A stretch of 64,000 nucleotides of DNA from Candidatus Buchananbacteria bacterium (GCA_030650095.1 JAUSEE010000001.1:8199-72198); one strand, 5' to 3'; positions 1-10,821 are shown, counted from the stretch's first letter. The notes: a model not told the origin generated them from the letters alone. Program-made: numbers and translations.

Positions 1-816
1 ATCATTCTCATACGTCACGACAGAAAAAACTCTAGAAGCTGATTTAGAAACAAAAGGTCCAGTCCCGCGGTAATCACCAAGTTCTAATTTTTCGACTTTT
101 TTTATTTCTATTGATTTATTTAGATTCTTAGCCGCTTCTTCTATAAAATCTTGAGCTATTTTGGCAGACATACCAAACCCCATCTCATCGAACACTAAAA
201 TTTTATCACCATCTTTTAAATATTTTTTACAACTTTCTTCAATTTCTTCTTTGGTTTTTAAAACGAAGGGGTTTTCCTGAATCTTAGTATTAATAAATTT
301 TTTTAAATCATCAGTTTCATTAGGCCATACACCAAATTTTTCCATTGATTCTATTTCTGGTTCAGGATGACCTGTTTCGAGAGCATATTCATGATATATC
401 CTTTTTCTCCATTCCCAGTCTTTTTGTAACGCCCTTACTCCTTTAGGATTTACAGTAAGAAATAAGGGTTGTTTTTTATCAGGGAAAGCTGTTTTGTATG
501 CTTCTTTAAAAATTATTCCATAGGGAATTGATGAAGATTGGGTTAAAAATATCACGTCGAAATTTTCTCGATCTAAGTATTTAGTTAGATGTTTAAATGT
601 CCCAATATCTCTTTCTCCTTCCAACCACTTTTTTTCAAATTCATTTATTTTTCTAAAATGTAAAACATTTTCTTCAATTGACGGTTCTTCATTGTTATTA
701 GAATCAGGATTTTCTCCACTCGCCAACCCATCAAATCCCGCCTCATTTTCCGTTGGATACTCAAGTCCTTCGTTAAGATTTTCTTGATTGATTTTTGGTT
801 CTTCAAATCTTGGCAT
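1..816 (-). CDS. Hypothetical protein, partial (runs off left edge); possible PRTase-like motif; likely element cargo
   Basis: Hand-translated open frame from ATG at 816 (MPRFEEPKINQENL...) with no stop to position 1; absent from the ORF track; contains DKILVFDEMGFGMSAKIA; starts 4 nt downstream of the xre stop. Confidence 0.75.
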   Translation of the reverse strand, partial: MPRFEEPKINQENLNEGLEYPTENEAGFDGLASGENPDSNNNEEPSIEENVLHFRKINEFEKKWLEGERDIGTFKHLTKYLDRENFDVIFLTQSSSIPYGIIFKEAYKTAFPDKKQPLFLTVNPKGVRALQKDWEWRKRIYHEYALETGHPEPEIESMEKFGVWPNETDDLKKFINTKIQENPFVLKTKEEIEESCKKYLKDGDKILVFDEMGFGMSAKIAQDFIEEAAKNLNKSIEIKKVEKLELGDYRGTGPFVSKSASRVFSVVTYEND

Positions 817-820
817 ATTT

Positions 821-1033
821 TTATTTTATTAAATCATCGACAGAAACACCTAACCCTTTAGCAATCTTTGCCATAGTTTCAATCGTTGGATTCGGAGTTG
901 CCCCCGATTCTATTTTAATAATCACATTATAAGCAATATCAGCCCGCTTCGAAAGACCGTCTTGCGAAATACCCAATTTATCTCGGTATTTTTTAATATT
1001 TCTGGCTATTGTTGGCAATTCTTTTGGTTTCAT
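821..1033 (-). CDS. XRE-family helix-turn-helix transcriptional regulator
   Basis: NIKKYR..LGISQDGLSKRADI...IIKIESG..PNPTIETMAKIAKGLGVSVDDL is a typical HTH_3 pattern. Confidence 0.9.
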   Translation of the reverse strand: MKPKELPTIARNIKKYRDKLGISQDGLSKRADIAYNVIIKIESGATPNPTIETMAKIAKGLGVSVDDLIK

Positions 1034-1079
1034 AGTATAATTATACTAGTATAGTAGTTAAATAAGTTTTACTACTATA
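1033..1079. promoter_or_regulatory. Palindromic operator-like sites and -10 box directly upstream of xre
   Basis: Perfect palindrome TAGTATAATTATACTA 1033-1048; inverted pair TATAGTAGT (1050-1058)/ACTACTATA (1071-1079); minus-strand TATAAT 6 nt before the ATG. Confidence 0.5.
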
Positions 1080-1106
1080 ACTTTATCAAAATTCGAGTAT
1101 TTTATC

Positions 1107-1410
1107 AATAATTTTTTAAAGCCCGCTTTTGGCCAAAATGAAGTTCGAGCCGATATTTTTTCCAGGTTCTTTGGCGGTTTTTAATCCGAAAGGGCGGGCG
1201 GATGGAGGGGTTGGGGGAGGAAATCCGCCCGATCATCAATTTTTGGGGGTGAAATCGGTTCGAATTTTTTTGTAAACACACCGCCAATCGGTATTTGCCC
1301 AGTTTTCGGGCAGAAGTTTCAGAATTCGCCAACCAGTTTTGGCCTGAAATTCAAATTTTTTGGCTTCTAATTCTTAAAGAATTGCCAAAAGCGGACTTTA
1401 AAAAATTATT
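1107..1410. repeat. Region closed by a 27-bp inverted repeat, containing antisense copies of recombinase gene segments
   Basis: 1107-1133 vs 1384-1410 (1 mismatch); 1133-1161=rc(2762-2790); 1162-1181=rc(1566-1585); 1281-1367=rc(2790-2876). Confidence 0.92.
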
Positions 1411-1427
1411 AGTTTAATCTCAAATAT

Positions 1428-2939
1428 ATGAAGTATTTTATCTACGCTCGCAAGTCCACTGATAGCGAAGAACGGCAGATATTAAGCATTGAATCCCAGA
1501 TTGCTGAGTTATATGAATTTGCCGCCAAAGAAAAACTGGAAATCGCCGCTTCGCTGTGCGAAGCGAAAACCGCCAAAGAACCTGGCCGAACGGTGTTCGG
1601 GGAAATGCTGGATCGGATTTGCGCCGGTGAAGCCGGAGGAATTTTGGCTTGGCACCCGGACCGGCTCGCAAGAAATTCAATTGACGGAGGCAAAATCATT
1701 TATCTTTTGGACACAGGCCAGATCAAGGACTTAAAATTTCCCACCTTTTGGTTTGACAGCACTCCACAAGGGAAATTCATGATGAACATTGCCTTTGGCC
1801 AAAGCAAGTACTATATCGACAATCTTAGTGAGAATATACGGCGAGGTCATCGGGCTAAGCTAAGGAAAGGTATTTGGCCAATCTTTGCCCCGTTGGGCTA
1901 CCTGAATAACCAACAGACCAAAGGCATTGATCTTGACCGAGAAAGGGCGCCTTTGGTCAAGAAATGCTTTGAGTTGTACGCTACGGGCGAATATACCCTT
2001 AAAGCCCTAAGGGATGTAATCAGTCAAGCGGGGCTAAGAAGCTACCGAGGCAATGTTCTGGCGGTGGCCTGTGTCCAAAGAATGCTCAAAAACTCAATTT
2101 ACTACGGCCTTTTCAAGTTTAACGATGAAATGCACGAGGGAACGCATGAGCCGATTATTTCCAAGAAACTTTTTGATGAAGCTCAACAAGTGATGAATAA
2201 CCGAGGCAAGAAGAAAAGAAAACGAAAACACGAGTTTACTTTTTCTGGACTGATGAAATGCGGGAAGTGCGATTGCCTCATTACTGCTGAAAAACAAAAA
2301 GGCCACAATTATTATCGCTGTACCAAGAAAAAGCAAACCTGCGACGAAAAATATCTGCGGGAAGAATCACTTGTTGAACAGATGAAAGAAATTATTCAAA
2401 AAGTTTCCTTGCCAGACGATTGGGCAAAAAACATGCTCGCCGAGATTGAGCTGGAAAGAGAGCAGGCCAGAAAAGATGGCGAGGTTTTTGGGCAAAAGTT
2501 GGAAGTGAGAAAAACAGAAATCGAGCAAACTATGGAACGCCTGCTTGATTTGTTCATTGAAGGCAAAAATATTGAGCCAGAGGAGTATCACGCTAAAAAA
2601 CAAAAACTTCTCATTGAGAAGTGTGAGGTTAGTCAGCAAATCAAGGATTTTGCCCAAAAAGGAAATAATTGGCTCGAACCCATGAAAGAAATGATTCTAG
2701 CCAGCAGCCAAGCCAAAATTCTATTGTCGCGGGGCGACAATTCGCAAATCCGAGCATTTCTAAAAAATATCGGCTCGAACTTCATTTTGGAAGCCAAAAA
2801 ATTTGAATTTCAGGCCAAAACTGGTTGGCGAATTCTGAAACTTCTGCCCGAAAACTGGGCAAATACCGATTGGCGGAGAGTGAGGGATTTGAACCCTCGA
2901 TACCTTTCGGTATACACGCTTTCCAAGCGTGCGCACTAG
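1428..2939 (+). CDS. Large serine recombinase (resolvase, recombinase, Zn-ribbon and coiled-coil domains)
   Basis: N-terminal YARKST catalytic Ser motif, DRLARN, G..P...PLGY, HEPIIS, FSGLMKCGKC...YYRC...C; last ~23 codons are antisense to tRNA-Ser. Confidence 0.95.
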   Translation: MKYFIYARKSTDSEERQILSIESQIAELYEFAAKEKLEIAASLCEAKTAKEPGRTVFGEMLDRICAGEAGGILAWHPDRLARNSIDGGKIIYLLDTGQIKDLKFPTFWFDSTPQGKFMMNIAFGQSKYYIDNLSENIRRGHRAKLRKGIWPIFAPLGYLNNQQTKGIDLDRERAPLVKKCFELYATGEYTLKALRDVISQAGLRSYRGNVLAVACVQRMLKNSIYYGLFKFNDEMHEGTHEPIISKKLFDEAQQVMNNRGKKKRKRKHEFTFSGLMKCGKCDCLITAEKQKGHNYYRCTKKKQTCDEKYLREESLVEQMKEIIQKVSLPDDWAKNMLAEIELEREQARKDGEVFGQKLEVRKTEIEQTMERLLDLFIEGKNIEPEEYHAKKQKLLIEKCEVSQQIKDFAQKGNNWLEPMKEMILASSQAKILLSRGDNSQIRAFLKNIGSNFILEAKKFEFQAKTGWRILKLLPENWANTDWRRVRDLNPRYLSVYTLSKRAH

Positions 2940-2959
2940 ACCAACTATGCGAACTCTCC
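2871..2959 (-). tRNA. tRNA-Ser(GGA), CCA encoded
   Basis: rc GGAGAGTTCGCATAGTTGGTCTAGTGCG-CACGC TT GGA AA GCGTG-long variable arm-GAGGGTTCAAATCCCTC-ACTCTCCGCCA. Confidence 0.95.
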
Positions 2960-3000
2960 AAATTATTGGCTAACCGATTGGTTAGCCATTTGTGCTTTTA

Positions 3001-3177
3001 TTAATATTCTTTCTTGTCTTGTCCCTTAAACGGGCCATTATGCTTGATTAATGGCTTCGAAATGTTCTTACTGCCGCACTTGGGACAAGTACGGGGAATA
3101 TTTTCGCCTTGATCACCTGCCGGTCCACTGGTGGTGCAATCAGTGCATTGCCAACTGGGGTTGTATTGGTATACCAT
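3001..3177 (-). CDS. 58-aa zinc-ribbon microprotein
   Basis: MVYQYNPSWQCTDC...CPKCGSKNISKPLIKHNGPF...; GAGGT RBS upstream; paralog of 3224-3391. Confidence 0.8.
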   Translation of the reverse strand: MVYQYNPSWQCTDCTTSGPAGDQGENIPRTCPKCGSKNISKPLIKHNGPFKGQDKKEY

Positions 3178-3223
3178 CTTTCGTACCTCGCTTGAGTTGG
3201 TGGATTGATAAACATTTTGGATT

Positions 3224-3391
3224 TTAGTACCTTTTCAAAGAATCTTCGTCAAAGGGACCGCCTTTTTTAAGCGGCGTACAAAGTATATTCTTACTGCCAC
3301 AATTGGGACACTTTGAAGGAGTTATTGTTTTGATAGATCCAGAATGATTACAATCCGTACAATACCAAAAAGGTTCTATTTTTTGTACCAT
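3224..3391 (-). CDS. 55-aa zinc-ribbon microprotein
   Basis: MVQKIEPFWYCTDC...CPNCGSKNILCTPLKKGGPF...; strong AGGAGGT RBS. Confidence 0.82.
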   Translation of the reverse strand: MVQKIEPFWYCTDCNHSGSIKTITPSKCPNCGSKNILCTPLKKGGPFDEDSLKRY

Positions 3392-3561
3392 GTCTTACAC
3401 CTCCTGTTTCTTGTTTGGGTTTCTTAAGACTAAACAAATTTTACCTAAAATAATCGATTTTGTCCACAAAAATAACTAATTTAGCCATTTATCACAACAA
3501 ATAATGAACCCGACCCCGCTCTAAAGAGCGGGGTATCCGGGCAGCAACATTATAAAAAACC

Positions 3562-3590
3562 AAAAAGCGGCCTCATCAGCCGCTTTTTTT
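3562..3590. terminator. Intrinsic terminator, bidirectional type
   Basis: AAAAAGCGGC-ctcatca-GCCGCTTTTTTT just downstream of the thioredoxin-like gene. Confidence 0.75.
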
Positions 3591-3598
3591 ATGAGAAA

Positions 3599-4195
3599 CT
3601 ATTTAATTATATCTTTAATTAAAGCTTCAAATTCTGATTTCTCAGCATTCAAATCATCTTGCTGTTCAAAGCCATTGCCTATTCTGGAATATTTACAGCC
3701 GAAAACAAAAGTTGGGATTGATCCGCCCGGATTGAATTCCCTGTAAATAGCCAAGTCTTTGGCGGGCACGACAGATTCCTTTTCGGGAGTTAGGGCATTA
3801 TCATTAATGTCTACTTCCCAGTGATACGCTACGATTTTTCCGGCCTCAACATATTTTTTAACCACTTCGTCAAAAGCGTCTTTTATCCACTGACAATGAG
3901 GGCACCAGGTTGTAGAAAACAAGTAAACAACCGGTTTGCCATCTTCCTTGCAGATTTCAGCTCCGGCTTTTTCCGAAAAAGTAGCTACTCCAGCCACATT
4001 AGCCGGGTTTTGAGCTGCTGGCTGAACTTGATTGTTCTGGCCCGTGGTATCCTGTTGTCCGGCCACTTGCGGATTGGTGTCATTTTTAGAAGTTAAGAAA
4101 AAAACACCTAGGATTATTAAACCGATAACGCTCACCGAGGCTATGCCGCCGAAAAGCCCTAAAAGAAATTGCTGATTTTTTGGATCTTCACTCAT
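3599..4195 (-). CDS. Membrane-anchored thioredoxin-fold protein
   Basis: N-terminal TM helix, FSTTWCPHC active site, SIPT cis-Pro motif. Confidence 0.85.
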   Translation of the reverse strand: MSEDPKNQQFLLGLFGGIASVSVIGLIILGVFFLTSKNDTNPQVAGQQDTTGQNNQVQPAAQNPANVAGVATFSEKAGAEICKEDGKPVVYLFSTTWCPHCQWIKDAFDEVVKKYVEAGKIVAYHWEVDINDNALTPEKESVVPAKDLAIYREFNPGGSIPTFVFGCKYSRIGNGFEQQDDLNAEKSEFEALIKDIIK

Positions 4196-4229
4196 ATTTC
4201 TTATTTTATTTATTATTATTTTTTAATTA

Positions 4230-5690
4230 TTATTTTATATTTGGTTTTTGCTGGTGCCAATCAGTAGCCAATTGATACTGATAACCGGCCCGTAAAATAG
4301 TCTTTTCATCGAATCTTTTTCCCAGGAGCTGTACACCAACGGGTAAACCGCCGACTAAACCAGCCGGGATGGCTAAACCGCAAATGCCGGCTAAAGATGC
4401 CGGAATAGTGAAAACGTCGGCCAAGTATTCTTTAAGCGGATCAGACATATTCTCGCCCATTTTCCAGGCGAGCGCAGGCGACACTGGAGTAAGTATAACA
4501 TCAACATCAGAAAATGTCTTGTCGAAATCCTGTTTAACCAAAGTTCTAACCTGCATGGCTTTCTTGTAGTAAGCGTCATAATAGCCGGCCGAAAGCGCGT
4601 AAGTGCCGATCATTATTCTTCTTTTAACCTCATCCCCAAAACCGCTTGATTTAGTGTTTAAATAAATATCCAGCAAATCCTTGCCGTCCCTCTTAGACAG
4701 GCCGTATCTGATGCCGTCATATCTGGCCATATTAGAGCTCACCTCGCTGGGACAAATAATGTAATAAACGGCCACAGCCAAATCGGTGTGAGGCAAGCTT
4801 ACATCCACAACCTCCGCGCCCATGTCCTCAAATTTTTTAGCCGCCGCCAAAACAACATTCCTCACCTCTTCATCCAGGCCCTCGATAAAATATTCCTTGG
4901 GCAAGCCGATTTTCAAGCCTTTAACATCTTTTTTAATTTCTTTTAAGTAATCATCCACTTTTTCAGCCGGAGTCGTTGAATCTTTTTTATCATATCCGGC
5001 AATTTGTTGCAAGACAAAAGCCGCATCTGCCACATTTTTAGTTATAGGCCCGATAGTATCCAAAGAAGAAGTCATAGCCATGACGCCGTATCTGGAAACG
5101 CGTCCATAGGAAACTTTCAAGCCGGTCACGTTGCAAAATGAAGCCGGTTGGCGAATTGAGCCGCCGGTGTCTGTGCCGAGGGCGTAAATGCACATATCCG
5201 AAGCGGTGGCCGCCGCCGAACCGCTGGAACTGCCGCCGGGCACACGCTCTAAATCCCAAGGATTATGAGTGGGGAAAAAACCTGATTTTTCTCCGGAATT
5301 GCCCATGCCAAATTCGTCTAAATTGGCTTTACCGATTATTACTCCGTCACCTGTCCTGATTTTTTCTACTACCGTGGCATCATAGGGCGGAATATAATTT
5401 TCCAATATCTTGGAAGCGGCCGTAGACCTTAAATCTTTGGTGCAAAAAAGATCTTTCACCGCCACCGGTATGCCGGCCAGTGGCGACAATGGTGATTTGT
5501 TTTTAATTTTCTTATCAACTGCTTTGGCCTGAAGAATAGCTCCATCTTCATTTATGGTAATGAAAGCCTTGATTTGGCCATTGAAAGACTCTATCTGCTT
5601 TAAGCAACTTTTAGTTATTTCTTCGCTAGAAAACTTTTTATCCCTTAAGCCTTCAAAAGTTTCTAAAACAGTCAGTTTATTTAAATCCAT
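4230..5690 (-). CDS. gatA: Asp/Glu-tRNA amidotransferase subunit A
   Basis: Amidase signature PGGSSSGSAA, LGTDTGGSIRQPAS, RYDGIRYG, GFGDEVKRRIMIGTYALSAGYYDAYY. Confidence 0.97.
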   Translation of the reverse strand: MDLNKLTVLETFEGLRDKKFSSEEITKSCLKQIESFNGQIKAFITINEDGAILQAKAVDKKIKNKSPLSPLAGIPVAVKDLFCTKDLRSTAASKILENYIPPYDATVVEKIRTGDGVIIGKANLDEFGMGNSGEKSGFFPTHNPWDLERVPGGSSSGSAAATASDMCIYALGTDTGGSIRQPASFCNVTGLKVSYGRVSRYGVMAMTSSLDTIGPITKNVADAAFVLQQIAGYDKKDSTTPAEKVDDYLKEIKKDVKGLKIGLPKEYFIEGLDEEVRNVVLAAAKKFEDMGAEVVDVSLPHTDLAVAVYYIICPSEVSSNMARYDGIRYGLSKRDGKDLLDIYLNTKSSGFGDEVKRRIMIGTYALSAGYYDAYYKKAMQVRTLVKQDFDKTFSDVDVILTPVSPALAWKMGENMSDPLKEYLADVFTIPASLAGICGLAIPAGLVGGLPVGVQLLGKRFDEKTILRAGYQYQLATDWHQQKPNIK

Positions 5691-5701
5691 ATAAATTATA
5701 A

Positions 5702-5986
5702 TTACAAAATCTTTGGCACTTTGATGTAGCCGTTGCTGTTTTGGAAAGAAGAGGCCACCAGTTCATCACTGATGCCCGATTCTTCAATTTTATCTTCGCG
5801 CATAATATTGGTTAAGCCTGTCACTTGTGAGGTTTCTTCCACGCCGGAAGTATCCACGGCTTGTAATTTTTCTACGTAATCCAAAATATCAGACAATTGC
5901 TGGCTGTACAATTTAGCCTCATCTTCGGACAGATTTAATCTGGCCAATTTGGCGATATGCTCAATTTCTGATTTAGATAGTTTCAT
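5702..5986 (-). CDS. gatC: Asp/Glu-tRNA amidotransferase subunit C
   Basis: EIEHIAKLARL...ILDYVEKL..VDT..MRED...IKVPKIL; adjacent to gatA. Confidence 0.95.
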   Translation of the reverse strand: MKLSKSEIEHIAKLARLNLSEDEAKLYSQQLSDILDYVEKLQAVDTSGVEETSQVTGLTNIMREDKIEESGISDELVASSFQNSNGYIKVPKIL

Positions 5987-6061
5987 TGGAATTTTATGAT
6001 TAATAACCCGTGTTGAAAGCTCTTATTTTTAGCTATAAATCCAACGCCGTAAACTAAAAAG

Positions 6062-6090
6062 ATTCTATCATTTATAGCGCCTTTTGGCAA
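6062..6090 (-). promoter_or_regulatory. Sigma70-like promoter for gatCA
   Basis: TTGCCA-17 nt-TAGAAT on the minus strand. Confidence 0.5.
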
Positions 6091-6108
6091 TGTGTTCATT
6101 TTAAACAT

Positions 6109-8100
<1,992 letters not shown>

Positions 8101-9000
8101 TTAATAGCCTTTGGTGATATCTTCTTGGGAGAATAAGACGAAACCGAAGAGTCCGGATGAAGGATCACGAGGCGGTATATTGGCATAAACGGCCTGCCGG
8201 CTGCCATGATAAGTGCCAACGGCTTTAATGGTTATGTTGGAAATTCCTTTTGGATTGTAACTGTTATTATAATTAACGCTGTTGCAACCACTCAAGCCTT
8301 TCTTTTCATCATAGGCGGTTACCACTAAATTATCAACAAAGTCGCCGCTGGTGCCCAAGACTTTCAGCTCCACCAAATAATCTCTGGCCGGCAAGGAATT
8401 GCCTTGGATGTCTTTATCTTTAAAATCAAAACAAACAGGATTATTAAGCTGGGTGCTGTCGCTTATTTCTATCTTATTAATATCGGTGTAATAAACCAAA
8501 GCGCCAGCTTCGCTCACCGGATTGATTTGAGTAAAAATAACCTGCAGCTTGGGAGAATTGACGCCCTTAAACCAAGCTATTTTTATGCTCTGGGAAGTAT
8601 TGGTGCCGCCGCTCCGGCCGATAAAATATAATTTTACGCTCTGGCCGTTATAAAGACGTTGCCTAAAAAAAGTAGATTCATAATCAGACGATTCCCCGAT
8701 AGTCCAATCACTTAGGCCGTCACCATCAAAGTCGCTGCTTTTATCAATAGCCGACAAAGAATCGGGCGCGCCGGAAAAATCGCCTATTTTCTCTTTGCCT
8801 CCATGCCTGAACAAATAAAGTGTTCTCTCTATGGCTGAATCAGCAAAATAATAAGAGACGACGGAATTATCGATTTCTTGGGCTTGGCGCAAATCCGATA
8901 TTATAAAAACTCCAAAACTTAAAGCAATGGAAAGCAGAATGGCCATGATCATTAGAGCCATTATCAGTATAACGCCTTTTTCGTTTTTGTTATTTAACAT
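8101..9000 (-). CDS. PilX-like minor pilin
   Basis: KG|VILIMALMIM prepilin-like leader lacking E5; YYFADSAIE motif; pilus cluster context. Confidence 0.7.
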   Translation of the reverse strand: MLNNKNEKGVILIMALMIMAILLSIALSFGVFIISDLRQAQEIDNSVVSYYFADSAIERTLYLFRHGGKEKIGDFSGAPDSLSAIDKSSDFDGDGLSDWTIGESSDYESTFFRQRLYNGQSVKLYFIGRSGGTNTSQSIKIAWFKGVNSPKLQVIFTQINPVSEAGALVYYTDINKIEISDSTQLNNPVCFDFKDKDIQGNSLPARDYLVELKVLGTSGDFVDNLVVTAYDEKKGLSGCNSVNYNNSYNPKGISNITIKAVGTYHGSRQAVYANIPPRDPSSGLFGFVLFSQEDITKGY

Positions 9001-9002
9001 AA

Positions 9003-9611
9003 TTATCTTTTGTAAACCCGGCTGGATATGGTGGTTTGAATGGTGATTTCCTTTTGAAACGCCGGATTGATGCTTTTATTTTTCAATTTAAGAAAAATTA
9101 TCACCCGAAGCTGGCTGTTGGTTATCGGCTCGGTGTTCCATTTATCTTCTTGGGTGGGAATAATATAAAATTTGGCATCTATAACTTCCACATCATCGGC
9201 GTTAAGATTAGCGGCTAGGCCGTTGACGCTGTATTCCAAATTATTGCCGCTGGTGGATTTAGTGATAGAAACATTATTACCCAATTCATCTTTTAAAAAT
9301 TGAATGTAATCTTGGGGCTGTGTTTGCTCAATGGGATATTCTATTTCTCTGGCTCTTATCTCTCTGGCTATTTTTTCTACCATGTAGCGTCCGTCATTTT
9401 GCAATCTTTGGTAATTGGCCGTATTCCTATGAAGGTTGTTAGCATTAAAATAAACAGCGGCAATTATAACCGAAGCAATGGCAAAAATGCCTATAACCAC
9501 CACCACCTCGGCTAGGCTAAAACCAAAGCGTTTGACGCCTAACTTATAACGCCTAACGCTAATATCTTTATTTTTTAATAATGCCTCGGAGCATTTTGCC
9601 AATTTTTTCAT
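9003..9611 (-). CDS. Type IV minor pilin (PilW/GspJ-like)
   Basis: FG|FSLAEVVVVI N-methylation site; MVEKIAREIRA. Confidence 0.8.
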   Translation of the reverse strand: MKKLAKCSEALLKNKDISVRRYKLGVKRFGFSLAEVVVVIGIFAIASVIIAAVYFNANNLHRNTANYQRLQNDGRYMVEKIAREIRAREIEYPIEQTQPQDYIQFLKDELGNNVSITKSTSGNNLEYSVNGLAANLNADDVEVIDAKFYIIPTQEDKWNTEPITNSQLRVIIFLKLKNKSINPAFQKEITIQTTISSRVYKR

Positions 9612-9631
9612 TTTAATTTTTTACCTTTAAG

Positions 9632-10285
9632 CTATTTCCAATTAAAAAACCTTTCATTAACAAATGTCTGCCTGTTTTGACCATTAATACTCCAAGACAC
9701 AGTTGATTTTACATCCAACCCAACTTTCAATTCTGATTCCAAACAAACCGTATCTTTAACTGTAAAATCAACTGATAAATCATCACATTTCAAATCGCTG
9801 TTTACATCAGCGCAGCAAATATTTTTAATTTCAATAAAACGACGATAAATCGTCGGCTGCCCTAAATTGTCATGGCTGTACAAACCGGAAGTCGGATCTT
9901 GATAAATCTTCGCCTTATCATCACTAATATTATCAACATTGGCATAATCAATATAAACACTGTCGGAAAATATATTCTGAGCCACGCCGGTGCCGTCACC
10001 GCTTAAGCCGCTGTCCCAATTGCAAGGATCATAATCTATACCGTTATAAGAACAATTGTCATTATTATCTATATAAAGCCAATTGGAATCCCTGATGTTT
10101 TTAACTATTTCTACGCCCTCACGAGCTAAATTAATAGCTAAAACCCTGGCGCCTGATTCCTGTTCACCATTAAAATTAGAAATAAAAAGATTCCAGACGC
10201 TGAATAAGCCAACGGTGATTACCCCAATAGCCACCACCAGTTCCAATAAGCTTTGGCCATTTTGATTTTTATTTAAACAAGGCAT
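9632..10285 (-). CDS. Type IV minor pilin (PilV-like)
   Basis: NG|QSLLELVVAI; LAREGVEIVKNIRDSNW. Confidence 0.8.
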   Translation of the reverse strand: MPCLNKNQNGQSLLELVVAIGVITVGLFSVWNLFISNFNGEQESGARVLAINLAREGVEIVKNIRDSNWLYIDNNDNCSYNGIDYDPCNWDSGLSGDGTGVAQNIFSDSVYIDYANVDNISDDKAKIYQDPTSGLYSHDNLGQPTIYRRFIEIKNICCADVNSDLKCDDLSVDFTVKDTVCLESELKVGLDVKSTVSWSINGQNRQTFVNERFFNWK

Positions 10286-10295
10286 TATCTCGATT

Positions 10296-10817
10296 TTAAT
10301 TATTCAATATATCCATCCGGCCCGAAACGCTATTTATCCTTATCTTTTTGGAAATAGTTTGATCACCGGTGTGCTCCAGATTGATAGAAACTTCGCTCGC
10401 CCCAGACAGCACGTCATCAATATAAATCTTAATATCGCTTCTTGGCGGAGTAATTTCTACTCTTAAAACATTGCCGGTTATATCCACAATGGATTTATCA
10501 AGCGCCACATTGTCGATGTCAATAATTTCACCGGTGGCAGTTTTGGCTTTTAAATTATAAAAGCAATCAGTTAAGCAACTGTTTATTTCAAAAATATAAG
10601 CTATGGGCACTTCGCCTGAAGCCGCTTGTCCGGAAAGAGAAGACGTTTGCATTCTTTTTATGCCATCCAGTAGCAAACGGGCCTGGTTATCCATATCCCT
10701 GGCTTTTTCATTGCCGCGAAAATTAATAATTGTTAGGCTGGAAAAAATAGCAATAATGCCAATAACGATTATCATTTCGGCTAAAGTAAAGCCCGGCGAC
10801 ATTTTAGTTTTTTTCAT
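10296..10817 (-). CDS. Type IV minor pilin (FimT/GspH-like)
   Basis: PG|FTLAEMIIVIGII. Confidence 0.8.
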   Translation of the reverse strand: MKKTKMSPGFTLAEMIIVIGIIAIFSSLTIINFRGNEKARDMDNQARLLLDGIKRMQTSSLSGQAASGEVPIAYIFEINSCLTDCFYNLKAKTATGEIIDIDNVALDKSIVDITGNVLRVEITPPRSDIKIYIDDVLSGASEVSINLEHTGDQTISKKIRINSVSGRMDILNN

Positions 10818-10821
10818 AATT

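Larger units (their letters stand above)
1..2876. mobile_element. Putative tRNA-Ser(GGA)-associated integrative or invertible element (left boundary not in window or unclear)
   Basis: Serine recombinase abutting the tRNA 3' end, plus XRE regulator and orphan cargo. Confidence 0.6.

Noticed and set aside
1105-1332. 75-aa minus-strand ORF upstream of the recombinase
   Set aside because: Lies in the repeat mosaic and in a different frame from the alternative recombinase tail; no motif or RBS
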